A stretch of 64,000 nt of DNA from Adineta vaga (lineage: Eukaryota; Animalia; Rotifera). The stretch is from contig CP075493.1 of NCBI GenBank assembly GCA_021613535.1, positions 15,066,001-15,130,000 of the forward strand. Reading direction: 5' to 3'. The translations under genes and the position numbers were made by a program. Of the stretch, positions 12,701 through 23,400 are shown piece by piece. How positions within the stretch are numbered: position 1 is the first letter of the stretch; every line of letters starts with the position of its first letter. Under the pieces are notes generated by a model. That model saw nothing but the letters and a program-made list of their open reading frames with translations. It searched no databases and had not been told where the DNA came from.

Positions 12701-13434
12701 GTAACATTACGAACAAATTCCGGAACTTTTTTACTCGGTGATGGTGATGATGATGGTGGTGTTCGAGATTTATAGATAATTCGACAATAAATTATTAGAA
12801 TAAAATAAGCAGGTAAAACGATAGTAAATAATGTTAATAATCCAATAATTCCAAGTAGAAAATAAGAGATTGTACGTAATGGTTGAGGTAATTTATCAGC
12901 AAATCGAACAATGTGAGAATTATTGAATAAATGCGTTTTAACGTGAAAATTTTCAATAAAACCTTGACCTCGTTTGATAACAATTCGTTCATTGGTTCGA
13001 TATGTTTTTAAAAACGTATATTTTATCAAATGATAGAGTAAGAAACCAAATGGTGCTGCTAGATAAGTTATAAAAAGAAGAATTGTAAGAAGAATTCTTC
13101 CAGATGTCCATGATTTATTTGTACCAGTATAGGCAAATGTATATCCTGTATAAAAATCATATACCATCCATCGAGCAACCCATAAATCCATTACAGAAAG
13201 ATGATTTCTACTATCATTGAATGATATTTTCCAAATAGATAAATTCCATTGAGAAATATTCAAATCTCGAAAGAATAATATAAATGTATATTCTATCGAT
13301 AATAATAAAGCAGGTAGAAGAATTAAATATCTGGAAAGTTTATGAAATGGTGCTAAGATTAATGCAAACCATCCGATAAGAATAATATGATTTAATTTAA
13401 ATAGATTTTCCGATGTAAAAATATCCAATGCCAT
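9733..13434 (-). CDS. Fusion protein: ABA4/DUF4281-like membrane domain + CYP74-like cytochrome P450 + lipoxygenase
   Basis: Single 1233-aa ORF. N-terminus has HLSVMDLWVARWMVYD..APFGFLLY. P450 part has ExxR (KECAR), ANRD..F.NPEEFLPDR and heme Cys in VWNG..RYCPGHDL. LOX part has W..AK, HLIVTH, HPL..FLKP, TGIHEHVG and C-terminal ECSASV. Confidence 0.85.
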   Translation of the reverse strand: MALDIFTSENLFKLNHIILIGWFALILAPFHKLSRYLILLPALLLSIEYTFILFFRDLNISQWNLSIWKISFNDSRNHLSVMDLWVARWMVYDFYTGYTFAYTGTNKSWTSGRILLTILLFITYLAAPFGFLLYHLIKYTFLKTYRTNERIVIKRGQGFIENFHVKTHLFNNSHIVRFADKLPQPLRTISYFLLGIIGLLTLFTIVLPAYFILIIYCRIIYKSRTPPSSSPSPSKKVPEFVRNVTANMRLTLLNTSIDKRNHLWHLKSLLLQFATFIEYISNSAQPVYLFKSLEDYFRHVYNSPYFVLGNGLAVNSYQLVKRFVQELRPRKDCELLAWEVSQSLKTFCNFTTIFLSTDDPDMQLGRKIIFQWLHAFPHNLQNGNFETRLQLARILPRQMNEKPTDDLVYQAVGEVMFFLATNGELTKQERSAFIDCVKNPLIFFPNWFNFLLNGHYFERKNLRSYYTLLQAFSRYENGPAFKAAVAAAEMKKSREEIFKFITVVFCVAGSPAPAKLAVTVIDRLWTDKEKNVPLFKKNPHNFIKECARLDKVVPTVNVLATNEIINEIQNEHIHIPENTPIHCSLVNANRDETIFQNPEEFLPDRSDLNKLIVWNGVEEDIINPDRTKRPIRYCPGHDLALDVIQYVAERFLPIIDDFDEQKQSSSSDQEEEEKNDSNEKEMVLFKRKIRKLNDTEKRRCWKTLDTYTKLVWLLMKTAVKESNTSPSRAIDIRPPLNLPIEKLGIIRIDMAKFIPSWDEDEPDGSGLSRKFARWLVNSTLWDFYDCLAEFETLEQALAWSSKIFPALPLPNIVYTDMFSDEAMSRLAFFGCACHYTQRIEGKWKPGFGIPEQRSLDNAALYVNDMTVLSIFNVRKPFERYGAAAYFDKDFQLIAIYWCHANRLVEKDDQFWEHAKYVWRSSFFAYVTICDHLIVTHMIECNAFVTATRKCLPVDHPLRSFLKPFTYHNISVNYQAAMSLVNRRGLVHRIWAFDYDEFLKVCDYISTNYKFRLLPEFISPSMFPKGDAEKKEWDKVYPIYLDIKEFWRIIQQYVANFFEITYNLHIDIDDEQVETNLSDDKLPVDSYMMNFIDDLCKQLGIPGITSLKRFVDVLSQLIADSTGIHEHVGQISGYMIDPRFIGAKLQEGKEMQNIQTYTQILILTVVTGLRMPGLLEDWSHLIEHDQNYQKNLKNYQEFKNDLRNLSKDIDQRNKTRKYPFQSFNPRFIECSASV

Positions 13435-13484
13435 TATGATTAATTATATCTAGAAAAAGAAAAGATTAGTTTTATTCAAACTTT

Positions 13485-15221
13485 TCAATATCGATTTCCT
13501 TGAACAATATAATTCTCATAAAAATACACAAATGCTTTATAATCTTCTTCAGTCTTTAATACTTCCCATTCTTTATCAAAGATTCCAACAAATTTTCCAT
13601 CATCTAACGCCATAGATTTTGTCATTTTATAATTTAATTTCATTCGACGTATATTACTAAATTTCGCCAAATTACTTCCAATTATTTCAATAAAACTACG
13701 TGGTGCATCCATCAATGTATTCACCAAATAACCTTTATTCATTATCCATCCAAGATAACCACCCCAAGTCGATGGTGATAATGTTGTATTATAACAACCA
13801 GTACCAATAGAAAGTAAATGATAATTTGCCGGTTTCTTCCATTGCATTCGAATTGCCCATAGGGCAGATAATTCCGGATCATTAGCAAATACACCACCAT
13901 CAATAAACAATTCCGATGGGCCATCCTTTTCAAATTGATCATTTACTTTTTTTCCTGTAGAAATTTCCATTGGTGGAAAATAAGTTGGAGCAGCCATTGT
14001 TGCTTTTAAAACATCAGCAATACGATAACCCCAATGTTGAGAATAACTCGTATTAAATATCATAATACTATTCGTTGTTGTATTATATGAAGTAATAAGT
14101 AGAACTTTTTCACGATTAATTCTATGAAAACTATAATTTTCAGTAATTCGATGGACATTATCATCGATATTCTTAATATCATCAACAAATTCTAATAAAT
14201 TTCCATGATTTGAAGCAGCACGTAATTGAGCTTCTTCATTTGTAATAATCTTTTCTGGATTTAAGATATTACGTATATCAAGTAATGTCGCATTTTCCGC
14301 TGATAATTTTGTTCCATCTTTAAATGTAAGACTATTAATAATATCATCAATCTTTTGATGTATACGTGCTGGATTATATTTAGAATAAATGATTGGTCCT
14401 AAATAATTTCGCCAGAAATAATGAGAATATTTTGCATAAATATCCATCATTTCTAATATACTATAATTCATTGCTAAACAAAAAGCAATTAGACCACCTG
14501 TACTTGTTCCAACAAAATAATCGAATTGTTCAGTAAATTTAATTTGAGCTTTTTCAAATAATTTCTTATGTTCAATATTACGTGAATCAAGTGGTTCATT
14601 TAAAGACAAATATTTTTGTGTAACTAATTGAGAAATGATTTTTATTGGCATATAACCACGTACACCTATATACGAATAAGAAAACAAAATCAAAGAATTG
14701 TAATTATTTAAATTCATCTTACCTCCACCATCTAAACTTAATACACGTATATTTCGTTCATGTGCTTCTAAATGATATCTTGCAAGTAAGGAATCTAATC
14801 CATGCCATTCGATATCTTTTGTTGATGAAAGATTTTTCATTTTTTCTAATTGATCCATAACAATTGACATATCATAATCATTACAAATTTTCTTTTCTTT
14901 TTCTATACGTTTTAAATGTTCTTCTCGAATTTTATTTCGAACTGTTTGTCCATTGATTTCAGCTTGTTCAACTAATATCCATTCAATGCAATCATTTGTA
15001 ATTAATCCATGTTCAGAAAGTTCAATATGTCTTTGTAAATGATCGTTACGAACACTATCTAATAGTTGATTGTATTGTAATTGACCACATGTATGACATA
15101 AATCAAATATTTTGCAAATTTTACATTGTCTCCAAGCAACATCATCAATAGTAATACCACAGTGATCACAACGAAAATGTGTAGAAATTTCACTGGCTGA
15201 TTTCATAAGACGCGACGCCAT
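13485..15221 (-). CDS. Patatin-like phospholipase with N-terminal ZZ-type zinc finger
   Basis: CDHC..CKIC..FDLCHTC zinc finger. Removing the 57-nt GT-AG intron 14666-14722 restores LSLDGGGVRG. GTSTG nucleophile, AAPTYF and DGG catalytic Asp present. Likely start MASRL at 15221. Confidence 0.9.
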   Translation of the reverse strand: MASRLMKSASEISTHFRCDHCGITIDDVAWRQCKICKIFDLCHTCGQLQYNQLLDSVRNDHLQRHIELSEHGLITNDCIEWILVEQAEINGQTVRNKIREEHLKRIEKEKKICNDYDMSIVMDQLEKMKNLSSTKDIEWHGLDSLLARYHLEAHERNIRVLSLDGGGKMNLNNYNSLILFSYSYIGVRGYMPIKIISQLVTQKYLSLNEPLDSRNIEHKKLFEKAQIKFTEQFDYFVGTSTGGLIAFCLAMNYSILEMMDIYAKYSHYFWRNYLGPIIYSKYNPARIHQKIDDIINSLTFKDGTKLSAENATLLDIRNILNPEKIITNEEAQLRAASNHGNLLEFVDDIKNIDDNVHRITENYSFHRINREKVLLITSYNTTTNSIMIFNTSYSQHWGYRIADVLKATMAAPTYFPPMEISTGKKVNDQFEKDGPSELFIDGGVFANDPELSALWAIRMQWKKPANYHLLSIGTGCYNTTLSPSTWGGYLGWIMNKGYLVNTLMDAPRSFIEIIGSNLAKFSNIRRMKLNYKMTKSMALDDGKFVGIFDKEWEVLKTEEDYKAFVYFYENYIVQGNRY

Positions 15222-15797
15222 GATTTCTATAACTAGAATGAAATAAAACAACAAGTCGAATAAATAGATGTGTTTTTTTTTCTTCTTCTCTCTCTATATC
15301 ATAGGGTAACAATATAAGGGAAATAGTCTATCGATGTTTTTCTCCCGATAGAAAAGAAAAAGAACGTTATTTTCTCCCACATGATTCATATCGATGACCT
15401 AGATCGAAAGAACGATAAAATAGATCAATATTAAGGGCATATTTATCCGACCAATACAACGAAAGCAGACGAATATATACATATCAGTAAACAAGGAGAA
15501 AACGAGAATGTTTTTCTGTTTCATATTCACACGTACTCTCACGATGACCTACTTTTTTTATTTCGTTTTTCCAAATTTGAACTTTTTGGAATTGTAGAAT
15601 TCTCCAAGAAATATCAACACAATGTTCTTGATTTAAAATAATTCTATAAAGTCTCGCATCAATGAAATTAGATTATCATATAAATAATTTAAAAGCATAC
15701 ATTATGATTTTTCTACAAGAAATTAATTACACAAAAATATACTCATTATATTTTTATTTTTTACATAAATTCATCTTTTTTTCTGCAAAGGAAAATA

Positions 15798-16500
15798 ATG
15801 TCATCAATACTTCTATTGGCAAAGAATCTTCAACTTATGAAGGACTTTCCTATTCCATATCCTGTTCGATTTAGGGTTTATCTTGTTTCTGATATCTTAT
15901 CCTTACCATGTTGTTTATTTGTTTTATACCATCTTCTATTGAATCGAAATCTTCTTGAAGCATTGAATAATCATCTTATTATCGTTATACTACTATCGAC
16001 TTAATGGAAATTGGCAACTTTCACGTCCATTTTTCTAAACTTTGTTTTTTTTTCAACACAAACTATTGTTTAACATATTATGGTTTAAATATCTTCTATC
16101 CATATTCATTTTGTGAATATATCGATATTCAATCGACAATCATTGGTATAAATCTTCTTTGTCTTTTTCCGAAATTCAATACATTTCAAAGTAGATTTGA
16201 TTCTTCATCAGATAATTCCAATATTTATTATTATTATCTCAATTTTTGCACTTTTCTGTCGTTTCTTACGACAAAGAGCTCATATGAAACGATCTATGCA
16301 ATGGAAAAAATAAAGAAAACTAATCATTCAAGTCTTATTAATTTTCATTATCTTTGGTATTTTTCAATTTCCATGGGCAATTTTACAATTATGCAGTCTA
16401 TTTGATCTATCATTAGATTGATTACAAATTATTCAAAATTACATGTTTTTCTTTGACTGTTATGTTGTAGATCTCTTTCCCTCTGTTTGCCTAGGAACAA
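15798..16500 (+). pseudogene. Degraded GPCR
   Basis: TM1/TM2-like text (VSDILSLPCCLFVLYHLLLNR..ALNNHLII) followed by stops and frame changes. The 3' limit is approximate. Confidence 0.55.
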
Positions 16501-17619
16501 TACCTGAGATTGGTAAGAAAATGGCAACATTATTCTTCTGGAAAAGTCAACATCAAAGAATTGTTCCTAATTCAGTATTTGGTCCGACTTGAACACTTTC
16601 AGCATCATACCGACATGAATAAGTTTCTATTTTGACCTTCAATGTCGTCATTTTTGTTTTTTGAAGAAAAAAAGTTCTTCATATAGATATATGTGTATGT
16701 GTTGTCAACATTACTATTCTAAATAAATCTCTCATTCTGGAAACAAGAAAACCGTCGATTTTTATTTCTATTTATTATCGATTTTTAACTCAATCAATTG
16801 CTGAAAAGAATAGGTAAATAAATTCTTGTATTATATTTGTTTTCGTTGATTAGGATCATTCAGATACCCATACAAGCACCCATTTTCCCGTATTTCGCAC
16901 GGAAGTTGTAGTATCGCTACTACTGTCGGAATCTGATGATTGGATTAAAACACAACAACCACAGCATATTAAAATACCAAAGAAGTTAGTCATCACTATT
17001 CCTGTCACTTTCACAAAGTTTCTTACAAGAGCATCACATCTAAAGAGATATAAATGATAAAATAGAATAGAATTTAGAGTATTTTTTTTTAAAGTACAAT
17101 ATCAATAGTTTTACTAGAACCGCTAAGCTTGTCGAGAAGTAGCAAATATATAAAAGAAGAAAGAACTTCTGATGAAAGCGATAGAGACTTACTCATACAT
17201 AGAAGTAAAATCCTGAAACATTATTTCCTATACTCATAATTACAAGTACATTACTTCCTCATCATTTTCCCTTGTAATCATTATTTTCTGTTCTGTTTTC
17301 TATAAGACAGTTTCATTAAAAGAGATGGCAAATTTTTTAAACGGAAAAGAGTTTCCAATATGGGAAAGGACTCTATAAATCTTCACAAAAAAAAGTAATA
17401 CACAATCAATTTTAGTTTAAAGAATCTTCTACAGAACGAAATATTCTGAAAAAGTTCAATTTATAGAATACTCAATGAAATAAATATACTTTCACAAACT
17501 TTAACTCGGCATAAACCTTTTTTTTATCAGTCTGGAAAACCATGATAAAAAGTTTTACCCTGAAGCATCTTCTAACTTGCCATGCCATACTAATCCCTAT
17601 AGATTAAAACAGACTAAAA

Positions 17620-18015
17620 TTAATAAAAATGAAGTTTTCCAAATTCTTGTAATTTTACCGTGATACTCCAAATAAGGAGGAAAATAAGTAAGAATACGAG
17701 TGGTATAGAGATTGCCTTAGTTGATTTATTGTATGAACATAAATGACAAACTATCTGAAAAATAAACATCAAAAGACAACGTTTTAGAGAATATTTTGAG
17801 GATAAATGTGGATTATTTACCAAATAAATTATCCAAAAACAATTAAATCCAATACCAACACTTCCAAGAACAATCAACCAAATCGGCAATCGAGGTTCGC
17901 CATGACATTCATTTTTTCGAATCGCACTAATAATAAGTGTCGCAAAGAAAAAAGCGTTCTGTATTAAGCAAAATAAAATACCGAACAGTGATCCACATAC
18001 TCCAAAAGCATCCAT
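17620..18015 (-). CDS. Small multi-pass membrane protein (TMEM272-like), probably intron-containing
   Basis: Hydrophobic segments flank ECHGEPRLPIWLIVLG. Likely intron ~17756-17820; 3' end unresolved. Confidence 0.5.
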   Translation of the reverse strand: MDAFGVCGSLFGILFCLIQNAFFFATLIISAIRKNECHGEPRLPIWLIVLGSVGIGFNCFWIIYLVNNPHLSSKYSLKRCLLMFIFQIVCHLCSYNKSTKAISIPLVFLLIFLLIWSITVKLQEFGKLHFY

Positions 18016-18381
18016 TCGTCTCTATCTAAAAAATCGAAAAATTCAAAGTTATTTGTATCTAACGAACTAATTAAAATTTTTATTGTCATTTAATTTCGAG
18101 AAGTAGATAAGCAGTTCAATTCGTAAACATTTGCCTCAGCACCCTTTGTATTTCTCGTTTCATTCATGTAATTCTTCTTTGCATTTTTATCAACAGCTTA
18201 CTTGGTATACACTGGCGAGTTGAGTTTAAAATTCGTTAAAAATTTTTTACAATGTTGTTTATCTTCGCTTTATATATAGGTGAGTTTGATATATAAGTTG
18301 GATAAAAACTTCTTTTTTTTGCCCTATTTCGAACTTATCTTGTGTAATTCCGAGATGATAGATAGATGTAAACTTCTAACA

Positions 18382-18454
18382 TCTTGAGGATGTGGATGTG
18401 TGTATATTTGAATAGCTTAAACACTTCTCCATACCCACACCCACATCCTCAAGA
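18382..18454. repeat. Short palindromic element with TGTGGG-like arms (clearest copy of a dispersed family)
   Basis: Perfect 14-bp inverted termini TCTTGAGGATGTGG / CCACATCCTCAAGA. Confidence 0.85.
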
Positions 18455-19250
18455 CGCATCAGTTACATATCAAAATCTTGATCTTAATTACTTTTCTTTA
18501 TTAATTTCATTTGGTTCAGCTCAATACAATGCATCAGCGAAATTTTTTTTTGTCATGGAAATCATTATGCTATATTCTTGAATTATATCTTATTGATAAA
18601 GATGATTTAAGATATAATCCAATTTCAAATTGTTATCGAAATGAGTTTATCTTTTATTCGATTTATTTTGATTTTTTTGAATATTTTGCTATTTGAATTT
18701 TATGAATTCCTACATAAATAGAAGAAAGTAGTTTCGATTTAAATTATAAGAGACACGTTGCTTTGGAATACTGATTCTATTTTTCTATCATTTCTCAAAA
18801 GCTTCTCATCTGTATCATTGCTTTATAATAAAATGAATAACAGTTTGGTTATGACGAAGTATGGGACAAATGACGGTGTACAATATAAACAAGCGTAGTA
18901 ACTTCTATTTCGTTGTTTGTTATTCTTCGCCTACTCAAGAACATTTATTTATATATTGTATTTACAAAAAAGAATGATCTTGATGGGGAAAATAGTCAAT
19001 GGGAAAAATCCCTTTGGTAAAAAAGAACGATATCTAACGTAAAGGTAATCGAAGTATAAAAGGTGACAGTCTGAATAGGTGCTCATACAATTGCTTATAC
19101 ATTCTCTTATTCTTCACCTTGTCTTTTAGTGATACTCGTTCTACTCTTTTTTATGATGCATATTCTTCTATAAATATCTATAATATCGATCATTAATCAT
19201 TGAAGATCTAGAAAATTCCATTGAATTGACATATCATACTATTTTAGATA

Positions 19251-20026
19251 ATGCAAAATATGTTAACGAAATCTATCTTTCACCTTTTGATCGTTGCTAC
19301 ATGTCTCACTCTATTCGTGAGTGTGACTAACAGTATGCCTCAACCGTCTACTAGCGGCAACACTGTTCCTTCTCATCTGAAGAAGTCACGCCTTTTCTAT
19401 CGTGGAATTTATAAAACAACAATTCAATCTCTCGGACAAGACTATGCTAAGGGAAAGTCACCAACAGGTCATACAAAGGATGCAGGTGACTTCGCTCCTG
19501 AAGGTGTGGGTGCCTTTTATGTGTTCGATGTAAGTTTTTCTTCCGTATGATATAAATTGTTTATTTTTATTTCTATGTACAGAATGAACAAGAAGCATTA
19601 GATTGGGGACGCTGTCATACACAGGGTACAGCCATTAAGACGTATGTTGTGGTTACCTACCAGTATACACCAAAAACAGATCTGAAGAAAAACTCTTTTA
19701 CCACTGCCGACAAAACTTGGCTCGCGGTTTGTAAATGTGCTATACTTTCTGTAATCGACACCTTATCATTATCTATTTAGTTCGTAGAAAGCAACTATGC
19801 GCCAACTACAAAAAAGAGCCCTTATGACATTGTAGAAGGTCCAATATCGGCACCTTTCAGAGATGCCAATGGTAAAAAGATCAAAGTAGCATATATTAAA
19901 AATGGAAAATCTGTCTGGCAAGGAGCTTTCATTACTCCAGCTGCTTTAAAAACTCTTGTCGTAGCTGATATTAAACAATACTCGGTGCCTGACAAGCAGA
20001 ATTCACTTTCATGCGTTATTCAATAG
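19251..20026 (+). CDS. Secreted DUF3990-like (ADP-ribosyltransferase fold) protein, 222 aa, C-terminal CaaX
   Basis: Exons 19251-19529, 19583-19726 and 19781-20026 with GT-AG introns. Signal peptide; FYRG, GDF..G.GAFYV, EALDW, WLAFV..N, YDIVEGP motifs; ends SCVIQ*. Confidence 0.7.
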
Positions 20027-20410
20027 AAATGGTCGTATCTGCATTGTGACTATTGTACTTTTATGTATTTTTTCGTTATTTTATGTATATAATTACATTG
20101 TTTTTCAATAAGTTCTATGGTGTCGGTAAAATAAAATCTCTTTATTATTTCTTTTAAATTGTAAAGAGGGATCCATAAAAAATAAGTTTTATGCTTGTGT
20201 AACTTTATGTCTAACATGCAAAGCCTGTTGTTCCCTTTATATGCCCTATAATGGAAGTGTATGTGCATACGTGTAGGTATAAAGAAGACACCCACACCCA
20301 TACCCTCAAGAATATACTAATTACATAAGTTAGTTATATACTGAATTTGAATACAAATTTATTTTCATAACCAATAAAGAGTGATCAGAAATCTGAAACA
20401 AAAATTAAAT

Positions 20411-23400
20411 TTATGGTTCATAGTTTATAAATGAAAATTGCTCAAGAAATAAATCTTTGTCGGTCATAAATTTCACAGCAATCTCTTCAAGCCACTTGAC
20501 AAAGTCTTCATCATGTGCATGTACAATATTATGTGCCAGTTCATGACATGTGACCATAAAATAAAAATTGACGATTGTGTGTATAATAGGAGTTGATGGG
20601 GAAGATATTCTAAGATAAGGTTTTAGTTCATCGGCATATACCTGTTCGAAATAACGAAGATTAAAGAAAAGTGATCCTCCATAATTGAATGCTATTTTTG
20701 CTAAACAACAAAATGCCGAAGAAAATTAAAGGAAAGGATTATCTACTCTTACTTCCATTGATATCTCGAAAAAGATGTATTGTTTCATAAGCCATGTTGA
20801 AAACACGAGTAGCAAGACCTTTAAGAAGATAAGCAAGTTGATATCCTTGATCGATCATTGCGTTTGTTATGATCACATTTTCTTCAACATATAACGGGAT
20901 TGAATGAAAAACCATATCAAAACGTGTCATATTCTCCGAGGGAATTTGTTCACATATAGTATTAATCTCTGTTTTTGTATATGGTAATCGAATGAGTTTC
21001 GAATGATTATAGGCTTGACTTTTGCGAATCTTTTTCATATAATTTTGGCTTTCTTTCTTGTTACGTCCAAAATCTGGCATCGGAGTAGGTTTATGAAATG
21101 AATGGGTGTGCGTAGTATAGTCACCTCCAACACCTATGATCGGAGAAATTTGATGGTTTTGATCAGTAGCTTTACGACCATTATGAGCAGCTGTAGTCGG
21201 ACCAGCTTTAGGTTGATGGTTATTCACATCAGGAGAAATGCTACTATTTTTTCCTTTTCGACCAAATGGCAACCAGCTGAAAACAAATAGAATTAAATTA
21301 AATTAAGTTAAGTTAATCTATTAAGAATAAACAGTGAGTCCAAAGGTTGCATGAATCAATGTCAGATGAAGATTTATATATCTATTCTTCTGTCTTAGAG
21401 ATCATATATGAAAAGATGAATTCAATGTAAACAGAAATGATGATAGTTATTTAAAAAACTCTTGAAACCCCCCAAAGATTGTACATGACTGCTCAAAAGT
21501 CTCCGAGAAATATCTAAATACTGACCTGCGTAAGTTTTGAAGAAACGTGGATTTCTGACGTGGTTGTTGCTTTTGTTGTTGTTGTTGTTGTGGTGGTGGT
21601 GGTGGTAGTTGGCGTCCCATTCCGTGTACGGAAAACAATTCTAAAAACTTATTGCTTGCTATTAATTAAATTCTGTATGCTAGTTTAACTGACCTTCTGT
21701 GTGTGTACTTTGGAGCAAACGATCAACAGGAATACCTCTTCGTCTGAGTATTTCTATGGATAATCCAAGTTTATCACTGATGTCATGTACGTAATTAACT
21801 TCTCTTATAAAACAAAATGCATGTATCTCAGCTGCAATATCGTAATAATCTATGTTAGTTATATCTTTTCGAAGATATAACATCACGTTCTTCGTATCAT
21901 ATACAAGCATACACCAACTCGCATTTTCCGACTATAATTTCGAGTGAAATCAGAATATTGAAAACAAAAATACTAGTATATTGGTTCTTACGTCAAGTTG
22001 AATAGTTTGGTTTTTAAAAGTCAATACACTTTTGATATGATCGACTTCATAGATTGAAAGTGTTGTACGTAATAGTTTGATATGTTCTTCGATACAACCT
22101 TCGAGACGTTCTTCCTAAAAGAGAATACTTTTTGAAATTGAACTAGTCGTGAATTGTGCAAAAATAATTACCCGATTATTGACAAATAACATTGGAAATC
22201 GATATTGAATCAAAGCTCGTAATTCATTGGTTTTCACGGAAGTGACTGGTTTACCTTAAATACACAACAAAAGAAATCAATTGTATTTCTCGTTTATTCT
22301 TGAATATTTTTCAAAACAGATTCTTTATTCATAATACTATGTAAGTGAAGGATGTAATATGAGCTGTAAAACTATTGATCAGATCAAACTGTACCTATGC
22401 ATGTTCTTGTTTTTGTGACACAATCAGATAACCATTTTGCTCCGAAGTGTTGATATAGTGTAGGTAATTGTGATATTTTTGGTGGTAATAATGGTCGAAA
22501 TTTTTCTGCACACATCGGACTATCATCAAGATATATTTCATCTGGTTTAACAATTTCAAATATTTGCTCTCTTGTTCCATTTTCATGATCAATATTACGA
22601 AAACCAAGGCACCAAGCACTAGTTTTCAGTCGCGTGTATAACGGTTCCTGTTGAAGCTCATTTGAACAAGTATAAGCAACTATAAGTTCTTTGAGACAAT
22701 TAATATATACACGCATCTTCTTATTCAACATGTCTTTGTTGCCTTCTGCACTTGCAAAATATCTAGCCTGTCGGTCAATCATAAGTTCGGCAAGAGCTGA
22801 AGATTTAGGATGATTGACAACACCAATAGTAAGAAGAAATGCATTGGCATCAACACCAAAATCAACATAATCAATAAGACCACTTGTATCTATATCAGTG
22901 ATTTCGTCCGTATCAGTTTTACTAGATGTATCAGCATTTGAACGAATAAAAACTTGTGATGGTTTCGTCAATATCGTATTGTTCGAAAGATCTAAATGAA
23001 TTTAATACAAGTCTGTTATCTTTCCAAATATATAAACTAACCTTGTATTGGAATGAAATTACTATTCGATACTTTTTTGATAAATGTTTGATCTATTCCT
23101 TGGAGTCTATTTAGATAAGCAAATATCTTCGGTGCTGATTGTTTTGTTAAAAAATTTGTTGATTTTCCCAATAAAGTATCAAATGCTTTTGAAAGACTTG
23201 GATGCTCTCCGATGTCAAGAGACGAATTAATGAAATTTTTCTGGAATAAAATAAGCACTTCTGGTAAAAGACTAGGACATAATGGATTTACACTTTTGTA
23301 TACTTCATCTGGTGCTAAGAGTACTACATCATTATCGTTGTTATTTTCGGGTAAATATGATGGTAAAAAACGATACTGTCTGATTGTATCCAATTTCCAT

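Noticed and set aside
13435-13500. Patatin spliced to the P450-LOX as one four-domain protein
   Set aside because: The patatin stop precedes the nearest plausible donor, and an in-frame TAA lies between the acceptor and the ATG.
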